From positions 1,120,001 through 1,184,000 of the forward strand of contig CAWHIJ010000003.1 in assembly GCA_963829525.1 (NCBI GenBank): a stretch of 64,000 nucleotides of DNA, read 5' to 3'. The position numbers and the translations under genes are program-made. Below, one piece after another: positions 22,484 to 32,391 of this stretch. The DNA is from an uncultured Actinomycetota bacterium (GTDB lineage: Bacteria > Actinomycetota > Actinomycetes > JAHEKZ01). Each line of letters starts with the position of its first letter. Positions within the stretch are counted from its first letter, which is position 1. Under the pieces are notes generated by a model. That model was not told the origin of the DNA and ran no database searches. It was given only the letters and a program-made list of their open reading frames with translations.

Positions 22484-23434
22484 TCAGGTCGTGTGTGCAA
22501 CGGTTTCGGTGACAACGGGTCGCGGTGCGATATCGACCGCGAGGCGGAACACATCTGGCCGGTGGTAGTGGCCAACTGGGTCGAAGAACTTTCTGGCCGC
22601 GAGTACTTTGCTGAGGTCAAGATCGGCTATCAGCACGGTTTCTTCTTCGCGAGCAGGTCCGGCAAGAATGTGCCCATTCGGGTCGATGATCACCGTGTTC
22701 CCAGGGTGGACCCACTCGCTGTTGTCGCCATCGGATTTCCATACTCGCTCCCGGTCTGGGAAGTCCGCCGGAATTTGGTCTGCCCTCAAACACGGATTCG
22801 CGCCGATCACGTAGCAGCCGCCCTCGGATGCGATGTGTTGCAGGGTGGTGATCCAACCGTCACCCTCGGCCAACGTCGGCGCCAACCAGACGTCAACTCC
22901 CTGGGAGTACAAGTAGAAGCGAGCGAGCGGCATGTAGTTCTCCCAACAGATGAGCCCGCCAATCCTCCCGAAAGGCGTGGGATAGGTCTCCAGCGTCGAG
23001 CCGTCACCTTGACCCCACACAGTGCGCTCTGAGCCGGTCGGCATCAGCTTGCGGTGCTTACCCAGCAGGACTCCGTCGGGCCCGAAATACAGCGTCGTGT
23101 TGTAGATCGTGCCCCCGCTGGGCTCGCGCTCGCTGACGCCAATGACCAAGTAGACACCGGCCTCCAGGGCCGCTGCTCCGAGGCGTTCCGTCGTCTCGCT
23201 CGGCACAGCCACGGCCTGCTGGGCGAACATCGTGAACCACTGCTCGTCGCCGTCCCAGACTGGATTGCTGTCGATCCAGATCGGCGTACCAGGAACGAAC
23301 GACTCCGGAAACAGCACCAGGTCAGCGGCGCGGACAGCCGGCTCGGCCAGCAACTCCTCAACCTTGTTGAGCGTGCCTTCGCGGTCCATCATCACGTACG
23401 CCGCTTGGACGGCCGCAACTTTGATAGTGGTCAC
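22484..23434 (-). CDS. Nitrilase (carbon-nitrogen hydrolase)
   Basis: Catalytic E-K-C in FPES, KHRKLMPT and ICWENYMP. Confidence 0.92.
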   Translation of the reverse strand: MTTIKVAAVQAAYVMMDREGTLNKVEELLAEPAVRAADLVLFPESFVPGTPIWIDSNPVWDGDEQWFTMFAQQAVAVPSETTERLGAAALEAGVYLVIGVSEREPSGGTIYNTTLYFGPDGVLLGKHRKLMPTGSERTVWGQGDGSTLETYPTPFGRIGGLICWENYMPLARFYLYSQGVDVWLAPTLAEGDGWITTLQHIASEGGCYVIGANPCLRADQIPADFPDRERVWKSDGDNSEWVHPGNTVIIDPNGHILAGPAREEETVLIADLDLSKVLAARKFFDPVGHYHRPDVFRLAVDIAPRPVVTETVAHTT

Positions 23435-23602
23435 ACGTCATCCCAACTCCAGGGGAGGGCTCCGTCCGCACTGTAGGTGCAGGCGTCAGACATGCACAAG
23501 AAGCGAAAACGCTGATCTCCATTCGGCACCCGCATTCTCTCGTGGCCAGTAGAGCGGGCCGAGCCGCCGGGGGGAGCACACGAGACGCTGTTGGGCTACT
23601 GG

Positions 23603-23628
23603 GTTTCCGTTGGTATCCCTGAGGGTAG
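23603..23628 (+). promoter_or_regulatory. SigF/SigB-type promoter, probably leaderless, for the PAP2 gene
   Basis: GTTT-N16-GGGTAG, 9 nt before ATG 23638. Confidence 0.6.
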
Positions 23629-23637
23629 ATAGCGCAG

Positions 23638-24384
23638 ATGAGTGCGACATCTGAGGTGGCAACGGCACCACCAACCCGACGATTTGGGCTCCGGGTTGTC
23701 CTGATGGGTATTGCCCTGGCGCTGCTCGCGGTGCCGTTCGCATTGTTGTTGTTCCTCGTTAAGAGCAAATGGTCGCCACTTTCCGGCGCAGACTCCAGCG
23801 TGGAAGACAACCTGCACACCCTCGCCGAAAGTCATCCGGGCTTCGTAACCGTGATGCAAGCGTTGAGCACGCTAGGAGCCACCCCGACCTACCTGGTCGT
23901 TTTCACGTTGGTGATCGTGTGGCTGCTGTCCAGAAAGCTGCCCAGACTGGCCATCTTCGTCGCCGTGACAGCGATAGGAAGTTCGTTGCTCAACTCGGCG
24001 GTCAAATTCGCGGTCGACCGAGCGCGGCCGGTGCTCTCCGACCCCCTGGCGCAGGCCAGCGGGACCAGCTTTCCCAGTGGTCACGCACAGGCAGCAGTCG
24101 TTGGCTATTCCATCCTTCTTTTGGTGTTCATTCCTGTCGTAGCCGCGTCGTGGCGTTGGGTGGTGGTTACCGCGTCCGTCGTGCTCGTTCTGGCGATCGG
24201 CTTCTCACGCATCGCCTTAGGCGTCCATTACATCTCAGACGTTGTAGGCGGATATATTCTCGGCGCTGCGTGGGTAATGGCCACCACTGCCGCCTTCAGC
24301 GCATGGCGGCGAGAGCAAGGTCGTCCCCCAGTCGACCCGGCTGAGGGTCTAGAGCCCGAAGCGGCTGAACAACTCGCTGCGTAG
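23638..24384 (+). CDS. PAP2 family membrane phosphatase
   Basis: KFAVDRARP, SFPSGHA, SRIALGVHYISDV. Confidence 0.92.
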   Translation: MSATSEVATAPPTRRFGLRVVLMGIALALLAVPFALLLFLVKSKWSPLSGADSSVEDNLHTLAESHPGFVTVMQALSTLGATPTYLVVFTLVIVWLLSRKLPRLAIFVAVTAIGSSLLNSAVKFAVDRARPVLSDPLAQASGTSFPSGHAQAAVVGYSILLLVFIPVVAASWRWVVVTASVVLVLAIGFSRIALGVHYISDVVGGYILGAAWVMATTAAFSAWRREQGRPPVDPAEGLEPEAAEQLAA

Positions 24385-25143
24385 TTAGCCCCGAGCAATG
24401 TCGAGGTTCTCTTGGTGCAGAGCAGCATTCTTCGGATCGTCGATCCTCGGATCCTTGGACGCTCGGCCCGCAAGCAGGTCGTCGAGGTACCTCATGTCGG
24501 CGTCATAGCGACTCCGCGCATCGGTGGTGACTGTGCCGTGGCCGGGAATGAGCCACCGCGCTGCGTCCACGGCGTCGTACAGGGTCTCGAGTCCGGCCCC
24601 GTAGTGCTGGAGGGTCTCGTCCTCCGCAGGAACTGGGAGGTCTACGTCGCCGAGCATGTCGCCCGCCACCAGAATCCCCGAGTCGGGAAGGAACACCGCC
24701 ACATGCGCTGGCGCGTGCGCATCATGCTCGATGCACTCCGCGGTTGGCCCCGCCCACGGCAGCGTCCGGTCGGGAAGTGGTTGCACTCGGGCGGCGATGT
24801 CGATGAGGTCTGGAGTCAAATAGTCCACCACTGGGGCGAGCACTTCAGCACGGTGAGACGCGAGGCGCTGGGCCGTGCCGGCCGAAGCCCAGCGCGGGAC
24901 GTCACCTAGGTCGTTATGCCACAGAACGTGGTCGTAGTGCTGATGTGTGGCTAGACCGGCCACGCAGCGCACGCCAAGGTCGGCGAGATCACGAGGAATC
25001 GCTGCCAGCTCGTCGGGTAGGAAGGCTGGGTCAACGACCACTGCACCGCCAGCCCCGTCGAGCAGAACCGTGGACGTCGTGGTTTCCCAGCGCGACGTGG
25101 CCACCCACACTCCGCGAGCAATCTCGACGAGGCGTGTTGTCAT
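24385..25143 (-). CDS. MBL-fold metallo-hydrolase
   Basis: THQHYDH, HAPAH, VAGDML, IPGHG. Confidence 0.88.
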   Translation of the reverse strand: MTTRLVEIARGVWVATSRWETTTSTVLLDGAGGAVVVDPAFLPDELAAIPRDLADLGVRCVAGLATHQHYDHVLWHNDLGDVPRWASAGTAQRLASHRAEVLAPVVDYLTPDLIDIAARVQPLPDRTLPWAGPTAECIEHDAHAPAHVAVFLPDSGILVAGDMLGDVDLPVPAEDETLQHYGAGLETLYDAVDAARWLIPGHGTVTTDARSRYDADMRYLDDLLAGRASKDPRIDDPKNAALHQENLDIARG

Positions 25144-25311
25144 CGCGTCAGCCTAATGGGGGTACATCGCTCGTCGACGCCACCTCGCTTCCGAATCCAC
25201 GCATAGCGAGCGACCTTGCCCGTCGACCGCGACGGCGAGAATCGGATCCGTAATGTTGAGCCGGCCAGGTACGGCGTGGGACAGGTGATGGAAGGCACGG
25301 AGGAGAACCCC

Positions 25312-27750
25312 ATGAGTTCTGCCACTCGAACAACAGTGATCGAGGTCTCTGGGGTGCAGTGGGCCTCGCAACACGCCGTTGCTGAGGCGCTTCTGTCTCG
25401 ACGGCCGGGAGTGACAGCGGTTGATGTCAACCCGGTCGCTCAGACTGCCACTGTGTCCTACAACCCCAGCGTCACATCGGTGGAGGAGTTAGCGGTCTGG
25501 GTGCGCGACTGCGGCTATCACTGTGCCGGGCGTCCAGTGCCGAGCCACATTTGTGATCCCTTGGCTGAACCGCGCGCGAAATCGTCAGAGGTCGCCATCG
25601 TCCGAGACGAGCAAGCACCGCATCGGACGTCCGAAGCTCATGAAGGTCACGACGTGCACGCTGGACACGACGTGCACGCTGAGCACGAGGCTGCGCGTGG
25701 GATGACCGCGCAGGACGCGATGGGTCATGGTGGTCACCACGTTGGCATGTCGATGGAAGCGATGGTCGTCGACATGCGTCGACGGTTCCTCGTCGCCGCC
25801 GTGCTGTCGGTACCCATCTTGCTGTGGTCTCCGATCGGCTCTGAGGTTCTTGCTTTTACAACTTCTGCTCCGTTCGGTCTACGGGACGATGTCTTCTCGT
25901 TGCTGCTGAGCTTGCCGGTGGTGTTCTACTCCGCGTGGATCTTCTTCGACGGTGCTTACCGAGCCCTGCGTGCCCGCACCCTCGACATGATGGTGCTGGT
26001 TGCTGTCGCGGTCGGTGCCGGTTGGGGCTACAGCGTCATTGTCACGCTCACCGGCGGCGGTGAGGTCTTCTATGAAGCCGCCACTGTCCTTACCGCGTTT
26101 GTTCTCCTGGGTCACTGGTTCGAGATGCGTGCGCGAGGTGGGGCCAACGATGCCATCCGGACCCTGCTGGAGCTCGCGCCGCCAAAAGCCGTGGTCATTC
26201 GTGGTGATGAAGCAGTTGAGATCGACACCGCCGATGTTGTGGTCGGCGATGTGCTCCTTATCCGACCGGGCTCGAAGATCCCGGTCGATGCAGTGGTCAT
26301 CTCCGGTAGCTCAGAGGTGGATGAGTCCATGGTCACCGGGGAGAGCCTTCCCGTGACCAAGACGACCGGATCTGAGGTGATCGGTGCGTCTGTGAACGCC
26401 ACGGGAACACTTCGGGTATGCGCAACGAAGGTGGGTGCGGACACAGCGCTGGCCCAGATCGTCGCGCTGGTGCAAGAGGCCCAGAACTCCAAAGCACCGG
26501 GTCAGCGATTGGCCGACCGCGCCGCGTTCTGGCTGGTCCTGGTCGCACTCGTCGGCGGGACACTCACATTTGCGGCGTGGCTCACCACCGGCAGCTCAGT
26601 CGACGAAGCCATGCTCTTCGCCATCACTGTCGTTGTTATCACATGTCCGGACGCCCTGGGCCTGGCCACACCGACCGCAATCATGGTCGGCTCCGGGTTG
26701 GGCGCGCAGCGAGGTGTGCTGTTCAAGAACGCCACAGCGTTGGAAACCTCCGCCGCCATTGACACTGTCGTCATGGACAAGACCGGCACGCTGACGAAAG
26801 GACGGCCCGAGGTCACCGACGTGGTGGTCGAGTCGATCGACGAGCCAACCCTGCTGGCCTTGGCGGCGGCGGTGGAGACGGAGAGCGAGCACCCACTCGC
26901 CGCCGCCATTGTCCAACATGCCAAGCGTGCCGGCGCCGAGATTCCGACTGCGAACGACTTCGTGAGTGTGCCTGGTCACGGTGCTATTGCGACTGTGGGC
27001 GGCCATCGGGTGCTGGTCGGAACCGCCAAACTCATGGACGACGAATCGGTGAACCTGAGAGGCCTAGCGGCAAGGCACGAGGGTCTATCTGCCTCCGGAC
27101 GAACCTCCATCCTCGTTGCGGTAGATGGTCGCGCTGTTGGAGTGATCGCGCTGGCCGATGCTGCGCGGGAGACCGCAGCACAGGCGGTGTCAGCGCTGCA
27201 CGCTGCCCGAATCAAGGTGGTCATGCTCACCGGTGACAACCAGGCAACCGCGGACCGGATCGGTGCCCAACTCGGGATCGACACCGTCATCGCAGGGGTT
27301 TTGCCGGGCGACAAGTCAACCATGATCAGCGAACTGCAGGACGCTGGAAGACGGGTAGCCATGGTCGGTGACGGTGTCAACGATGCTCCCGCGCTCGCCC
27401 AAGCGGACCTGGGAATCGCGATAGGCGCGGGTACGGATGTAGCCATCGAAACCGCTGACGTCGTGCTGATGAGATCTGATCCCCTCGACGTGCCCATCGC
27501 CATCGAGATCGGTCGCGGGACCCGCCGCAAGATGCGACAGAACCTCGGCTGGGCCATCGGTTACAACGCAGTCGCTCTCCCGATAGCCGCCGGCATATTC
27601 GAACCCACGTTTGGTCTCGTGCTGCGCCCTGAGCTAGCCGCCCTCACGATGTCCGGATCGTCGCTACTGGTGGCCGTCAACGCATTGATGCTGAAACGAC
27701 TTCACCTCCCGAGAAGCGAGTTCGAGGTCCTTAGCGAGGCGCCTTCGTGA
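25312..27750 (+). CDS. P1B heavy-metal (probably copper) translocating P-type ATPase
   Basis: [36 protein letters not shown] and MSGSS; HMA-like N-terminus and His-rich linker. Confidence 0.93.
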   Translation: MSSATRTTVIEVSGVQWASQHAVAEALLSRRPGVTAVDVNPVAQTATVSYNPSVTSVEELAVWVRDCGYHCAGRPVPSHICDPLAEPRAKSSEVAIVRDEQAPHRTSEAHEGHDVHAGHDVHAEHEAARGMTAQDAMGHGGHHVGMSMEAMVVDMRRRFLVAAVLSVPILLWSPIGSEVLAFTTSAPFGLRDDVFSLLLSLPVVFYSAWIFFDGAYRALRARTLDMMVLVAVAVGAGWGYSVIVTLTGGGEVFYEAATVLTAFVLLGHWFEMRARGGANDAIRTLLELAPPKAVVIRGDEAVEIDTADVVVGDVLLIRPGSKIPVDAVVISGSSEVDESMVTGESLPVTKTTGSEVIGASVNATGTLRVCATKVGADTALAQIVALVQEAQNSKAPGQRLADRAAFWLVLVALVGGTLTFAAWLTTGSSVDEAMLFAITVVVITCPDALGLATPTAIMVGSGLGAQRGVLFKNATALETSAAIDTVVMDKTGTLTKGRPEVTDVVVESIDEPTLLALAAAVETESEHPLAAAIVQHAKRAGAEIPTANDFVSVPGHGAIATVGGHRVLVGTAKLMDDESVNLRGLAARHEGLSASGRTSILVAVDGRAVGVIALADAARETAAQAVSALHAARIKVVMLTGDNQATADRIGAQLGIDTVIAGVLPGDKSTMISELQDAGRRVAMVGDGVNDAPALAQADLGIAIGAGTDVAIETADVVLMRSDPLDVPIAIEIGRGTRRKMRQNLGWAIGYNAVALPIAAGIFEPTFGLVLRPELAALTMSGSSLLVAVNALMLKRLHLPRSEFEVLSEAPS

Positions 27751-27764
27751 TCGGTGCAGCCATT

Positions 27765-27789
27765 GTTTGAAAAGCGCCGAATCGGGTAG
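27765..27789 (+). promoter_or_regulatory. SigF/SigB-type promoter
   Basis: GTTT-N15-GGGTAG upstream of the ORF at 27826. Confidence 0.6.
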
Positions 27790-27825
27790 ACCTCAGCGGC
27801 CCAGTGCCGGTGAAGGGATAAACAC

Positions 27826-28194
27826 ATGACCGTGACGGCTTTTCAAGATCTACCCATGGCCGACCGAGACCTGGAGTGGGATGGCCACGCAGCGGAACAG
27901 CGGGTGCGGAGTTGGGCAGGGGCTGAGGACGAACCCAATGCAAAGTACCGCGACGCTCACCTCTGGTACGACGTTGAGAACAAGGACAACTTCACGGCGT
28001 ACAAGTTGCTCATTGCCGACGTGGTCGACGGCAAACTGCGCGCCGTCCCCCGTGGTGTCATGGCGGCCGGAAACGTCGTGCAAGGCGGAAGGGGTGGAGT
28101 CAATGTCCCAGATGCCGACGTTGGCAGGCTGAAGACCCACCTCGCCAAGTACTACGAGAAGATGGGCGACGAGGCACCTTGGGAGCGGGACTGA
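27826..28194 (+). CDS. Hypothetical protein (122 aa)
   Basis: SD GAAGGGA, dedicated promoter, globular composition with WDG, AYKLLIADV and QGGRGGV. Confidence 0.8.
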   Translation: MTVTAFQDLPMADRDLEWDGHAAEQRVRSWAGAEDEPNAKYRDAHLWYDVENKDNFTAYKLLIADVVDGKLRAVPRGVMAAGNVVQGGRGGVNVPDADVGRLKTHLAKYYEKMGDEAPWERD

Positions 28195-28234
28195 TCGACA
28201 CCGACCTGGTTCTGGCGAAGCGACGCGAATCCCG

Positions 28235-29281
28235 ATGAAAGCCGTGACGGTGCAGCCGGGGGTCGGTGGTTCGGTCCGGTACGAGGAGGTGCCCGAACCG
28301 CACGAGAGCACCGGATCGATCCTTGTCGAGGCGGTGGCTGTCGGCATCTGCGGCACGGACGTCGAGATTTCCTCGGGCGCGTACGGCTGGGCACCCCCAG
28401 GCCGGGAGCGACTCATACTTGGTCACGAATCGCTGGGTCGAGTGATCGATCCCGGGTACGACCGCACCGTGCAGGCAGGTGACCTCATTGTTGGGATTGT
28501 GCGCCGCCCAGACCCAGTGCCGTGTCCTAGTTGCGCCGTTGGTGAGTGGGACATGTGCCGTAATGGGCAGTACACCGAGAGGGGCATCAAAGAGCTTGAC
28601 GGTTTCATGTCCGAGCGATGGCGGATCGAAGAAGGGTTCTTCACCAAGGTGGACTCGTCGCTTGGTCTGCTCGGGGTGTTGCTAGAACCAACCACCGTGG
28701 TCACCAAAGCTTGGGAGCTTGTCTGGGACATGCGAGTGAGAGCGTTCTGGGAGCCTGCGAGCGTCCTGGTCACGGGTGCCGGTCCCATCGGTTTGCTTGC
28801 TGCCCTGATTGGCGTCCAGAAAGGCCTTTCGGTTCATGTTTTGGATCGCGTCCGCGACGGCGTCAAGCCCCAACTGGTCCACGACCTGGGCGCCGCCTAC
28901 CACTCCGGGCCAATCACCGACCTGGGATTCAATCCGGACGTCGTCATCGAGTGCACGGGCGTGGGCTCGGCGATCGTCGACACGATCCGGCAGGTCGGCG
29001 CTGGTGGTGTGGTTTGCCTCACGGGGGTTGGTAGCGGAGGACCAACGAGCGGGATTCCTCCAGCTGATCTGGGGAAGGAAGTCGTCCTGCAGAACAACGT
29101 GGTCGTGGGATCGGTCAATGCGAACCGGCGCCACTTCTACCGGGCGTCGGAAGTTCTCGCTGCGGCCGATCGTGAGTGGCTGGCACAGCTGATCTCGCGA
29201 CGAGTGCCGCCTCAGAACGTCGCGGATGCGTTGCAGCGCGGTCCCGACGACATCAAGGTCGTCGTTGACTTCGGGGCTTGA
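28235..29281 (+). CDS. Zn-dependent glucose 1-dehydrogenase (MDR family)
   Basis: GICGTD, ILGHESLG, structural CxxC...C, GAGPIG, GSVNAN. Confidence 0.85.
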   Translation: MKAVTVQPGVGGSVRYEEVPEPHESTGSILVEAVAVGICGTDVEISSGAYGWAPPGRERLILGHESLGRVIDPGYDRTVQAGDLIVGIVRRPDPVPCPSCAVGEWDMCRNGQYTERGIKELDGFMSERWRIEEGFFTKVDSSLGLLGVLLEPTTVVTKAWELVWDMRVRAFWEPASVLVTGAGPIGLLAALIGVQKGLSVHVLDRVRDGVKPQLVHDLGAAYHSGPITDLGFNPDVVIECTGVGSAIVDTIRQVGAGGVVCLTGVGSGGPTSGIPPADLGKEVVLQNNVVVGSVNANRRHFYRASEVLAAADREWLAQLISRRVPPQNVADALQRGPDDIKVVVDFGA

Positions 29282-29300
29282 TGACCACCATGGTGCGGTC

Positions 29301-31156
29301 ATGAGCGCCGCGTCCCCCTTTCCGCCTATTGCTGACTACGCGTTCCTCTCCGACTGTCATACCGGGGCCCTGGTTGCGCCCGACGGGTCGATCGATTGGC
29401 TCTGCGTCCCCCAGTTCGACGCGCCCAGCATCTTTGGGAGCCTGATCGACCGCCAGGCCGGGTACTTCCGCTTCGCACCCTTCGGGGTGAACCACCCGTC
29501 GGCGAGGGAGTACGAACCTGGCACCAACGTGCTCGTGACGACGTGGAAGTCGCCCTCCGGCTGGGTTGTCGTCCGCGATGCGCTGACAATCGGGCCACAC
29601 GAGGACGAGGACACCGTGACCCCACACACCCGGCCGCCTGCCGACCATGACGCCGACCACATGCTGGTGCGCACGGTTGAGTGCATCGAGGGCGAGGTAG
29701 AGATCGACCTCGTCTGTGAGCCGGTGTTCGACTACGGACGAACCACTGCCGCTTGGTCCCTTGTTGGCGTCGACCGGCATACCGCCGATGCACTTGGCGC
29801 CGACCAGACCGTACGTCTGCGCTCGGATCTTGCACTCGGCATCGAGGGTGACCGGGTGAAAGCCCGCCATATACTCGGGCCGGGAGAGCGTGCGTACTGC
29901 GCGCTGTCCTGGGCATCTGCCCTCGACGCCCCTCAGGACGTCGCCGAAGCTGACGCCAAGATCGCTGCCACGACAAAGTATTGGCGCGCTTGGCTGGATC
30001 GGGCACGCCTGCCTGACCATCGTTACCGGGCTCCGATCCAGCGATCGGCCTTGGCGATCAAGGGCCTCACCTACATGCCAACGGGAGCAACGGTCGCCGC
30101 CCTCACGACCTCGCTGCCTGAAACCCCTGGGGGCGAGCGCAACTGGGACTACCGCTACACGTGGATGCGAGACGCCACCTTCACCCTGCAGGCACTGCAT
30201 TGGCTCAACCTCGACTGGGAGGCCGACGAGTTCATGCAGTTCGTCGCCGACCTCGAACCCAATCCGGACGGGTCCTTGCAGATCATGTACGGCATCGACG
30301 GCAGGCGAGACTTGACGGAGTCGGCCCGCCATGACCTCTCGGGCTATGCGGGATCGCGGCCCGTGCGAGTGGGGAATGCCGCATTCGATCAGCGCCAGAA
30401 CGACGTTTACGGGGCGGTGCTCGACTCGATCTTGCTAAGCACGCGTCGAAGTCAACGAATGCCCGGCCGGCTGTGGCCCATCGTCGAGAAGCAGGCTGAG
30501 TGTGCCAGCAGTGTGTGGAAGGAGCCCGATCAGGGAATCTGGGAGGCTCGAGGTGAGCCCTATCACTACGTGTCGTCGAAACTGATGTGCTGGGTCGCTC
30601 TCGATCGCGCTGCTCAACTCGCTGGGATCGCGGGTGAGCCGGGTCGGCAGGCAAACTGGCAAGCGACTGCGGACGAGATCAGGACCGACATCCTTGAGAA
30701 GGGGTGTCAGAGCGTGGAGTTCTGCGCCAGCACTACGCAACAGATGCGCTGGATGCGTCTACGCTTCTGGCCGCAATGACAGGCTTTCTCGCCCAGGATG
30801 ACCCACGGCTCCGTGCCACCGTCGAAGCGATCGCAGGGGAGCTCAGCGAGAATGGCTTCGTGCTGCGTTATCGCACCGATGAGACAGACGACGGCCTCTC
30901 CGGCGAGGAGGGAACGTTTCTGATCTGCTCGTTCTGGTTGGCTTCGGCGCTCTCGATCATCGGAGAGCAAGATCGCGCCACGGATTCGCTGGACCGCCTC
31001 CTGAGGATTGCCTCGCCTCTCGGACTCTATGCGGAGGAGTTCGATGTCAACAGCGGTCGACACCTGGGTAACTTCCCGCAGGCGTTTTCCCACCTGGCGC
31101 TGATCGAGGCCGCCGCACGAATCATTCGCGAGGAGAGGCTCACGGAGACAGCATGA
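29301..31156 (+). pseudogene. GH15 trehalase/glucoamylase split by a frameshift near 30701-30704 (possible sequencing error)
   Basis: PIADYAFLSDC, ERNWDYRYTW and DQGIWE in frame 1; EEGTFLICSFW and LGNFPQAFSH in frame 2. Adding one G to the G run restores KGVSERGV. Confidence 0.85.
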
Positions 31157-31191
31157 GGGCCTTCGAGTCCGCGGCACTTACCAAGCTTGAG

Positions 31192-31719
31192 TCAGTGGAC
31201 TTGCCAGTTGAAGGCCCTGACGATCGCCTGAGCCAACTCGTCCGGTGCCGTCGCGTCGACGTCCAACACCAGATCTGCCACCTCCATGAACAGGGGCGCG
31301 CGTCCTTCGTACAAGCACTCCAGGACCTGGGTTGCGTCACCCTTCTCGAACCATGGCCGCCCAGCTCCCGTGCCCACCCGTTCGCTGAGAGTGGCGATCG
31401 AGGCGCGCAGGTAGACGACAAAGGAGGTTTCTGCCATGCGTCTGCGGGACTCCGGATCAAGAACCACTCCGGCCGCGACCGAAACGATGACCGACTGTTC
31501 CATGGCCAGCGCCTTCTCGAGCTCCGCCGCCTCGATCCGATGCAATGATTCCGCGCCTGCGCTGGCCAGGACTTCGGGCGTCGACAGGCCCGTCGCCTGG
31601 AGCACGAGCTCGTCGTTGTCGAGGTAGGGCCAACCGATCAGGGATGCGAGTGCGTGCCCCACTGTGCTCTTGCCGGCCCCCATCATTCCGACCAGGAGGA
31701 CCCGGTGTCGCAGACACAT
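31192..31719 (-). CDS. Shikimate-kinase-like P-loop kinase
   Basis: LVGMMGAGKSTVG, YLDND, VVYLRAS, GRPW, RAPLF. Confidence 0.8.
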   Translation of the reverse strand: MCLRHRVLLVGMMGAGKSTVGHALASLIGWPYLDNDELVLQATGLSTPEVLASAGAESLHRIEAAELEKALAMEQSVIVSVAAGVVLDPESRRRMAETSFVVYLRASIATLSERVGTGAGRPWFEKGDATQVLECLYEGRAPLFMEVADLVLDVDATAPDELAQAIVRAFNWQVH

Positions 31720-31880
31720 GAGGCGCTCCTGTGGCGCTAACCGATAGACAGTCGATGCCCAGTAAAGCAGTCCGTTAGCGGGCAGGCCTCAATGGCGCGT
31801 CCGACATACTCGATGGCCCCTGTGAAAGTCACAGCCCGTTCCTACCCGATTCTTAGTCAGGTAGGCCGTCGAAGTTGGTA

Positions 31881-32117
31881 CTAGCCATTCTCGGATTGCA
31901 AGCCGTGGTCCTTAGTAAGCGCCGTCAGCAGCTTGTGGCAACTCTCAGCTCGACGCGCATCCTCGTCACGTACCTGTCGAATGAACTCGACGACATCATC
32001 GTGACCTTCTGCATCCTTCATGTACTTCTCGTGCAGTTCGGCACCCTTGAGGGCGTGGTACTGAATAGATACGAGGTCGTAGACGACGTCGTCGGCGGGC
32101 GTGTGCGCAGTCCCCAT
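31881..32117 (-). CDS. Small helical, possibly half-ferritin-like protein
   Basis: SD AAAGGAG, SigF-type promoter, YDLVSIQYHAL...Y..DA...EFI..V..ED pattern. Confidence 0.75.
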   Translation of the reverse strand: MGTAHTPADDVVYDLVSIQYHALKGAELHEKYMKDAEGHDDVVEFIRQVRDEDARRAESCHKLLTALTKDHGLQSENG

Positions 32118-32154
32118 CAGAGGCTCCTTTCATGGCAGGTGATTGACGTCCCAA

Positions 32155-32179
32155 ATACCCGCGAGCCTCGCGGCTAAAC
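32155..32179 (-). promoter_or_regulatory. SigF/SigB-type promoter
   Basis: GTTT-N15-GGGTAT on the minus strand. Confidence 0.65.
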
Positions 32180-32391
32180 GACGAAACGCCAAGAACCTGT
32201 CGCTGCCCTGTGCGGCCTCTGCTGGAAACAGCCATGCCCCATGGTGATGCACATACCCGTCGTCGTAGGCTCCGCTCAATGACACCCATCGCGGCCAAGA
32301 GGGAAGTGTCTAGCTGTGGCGGCGCCGCACGCGAGAGACAGCAGGGTCGTCTGGTGGCGGCGCGCGTGAGGATGTCAGCGATGGGGGGGCC

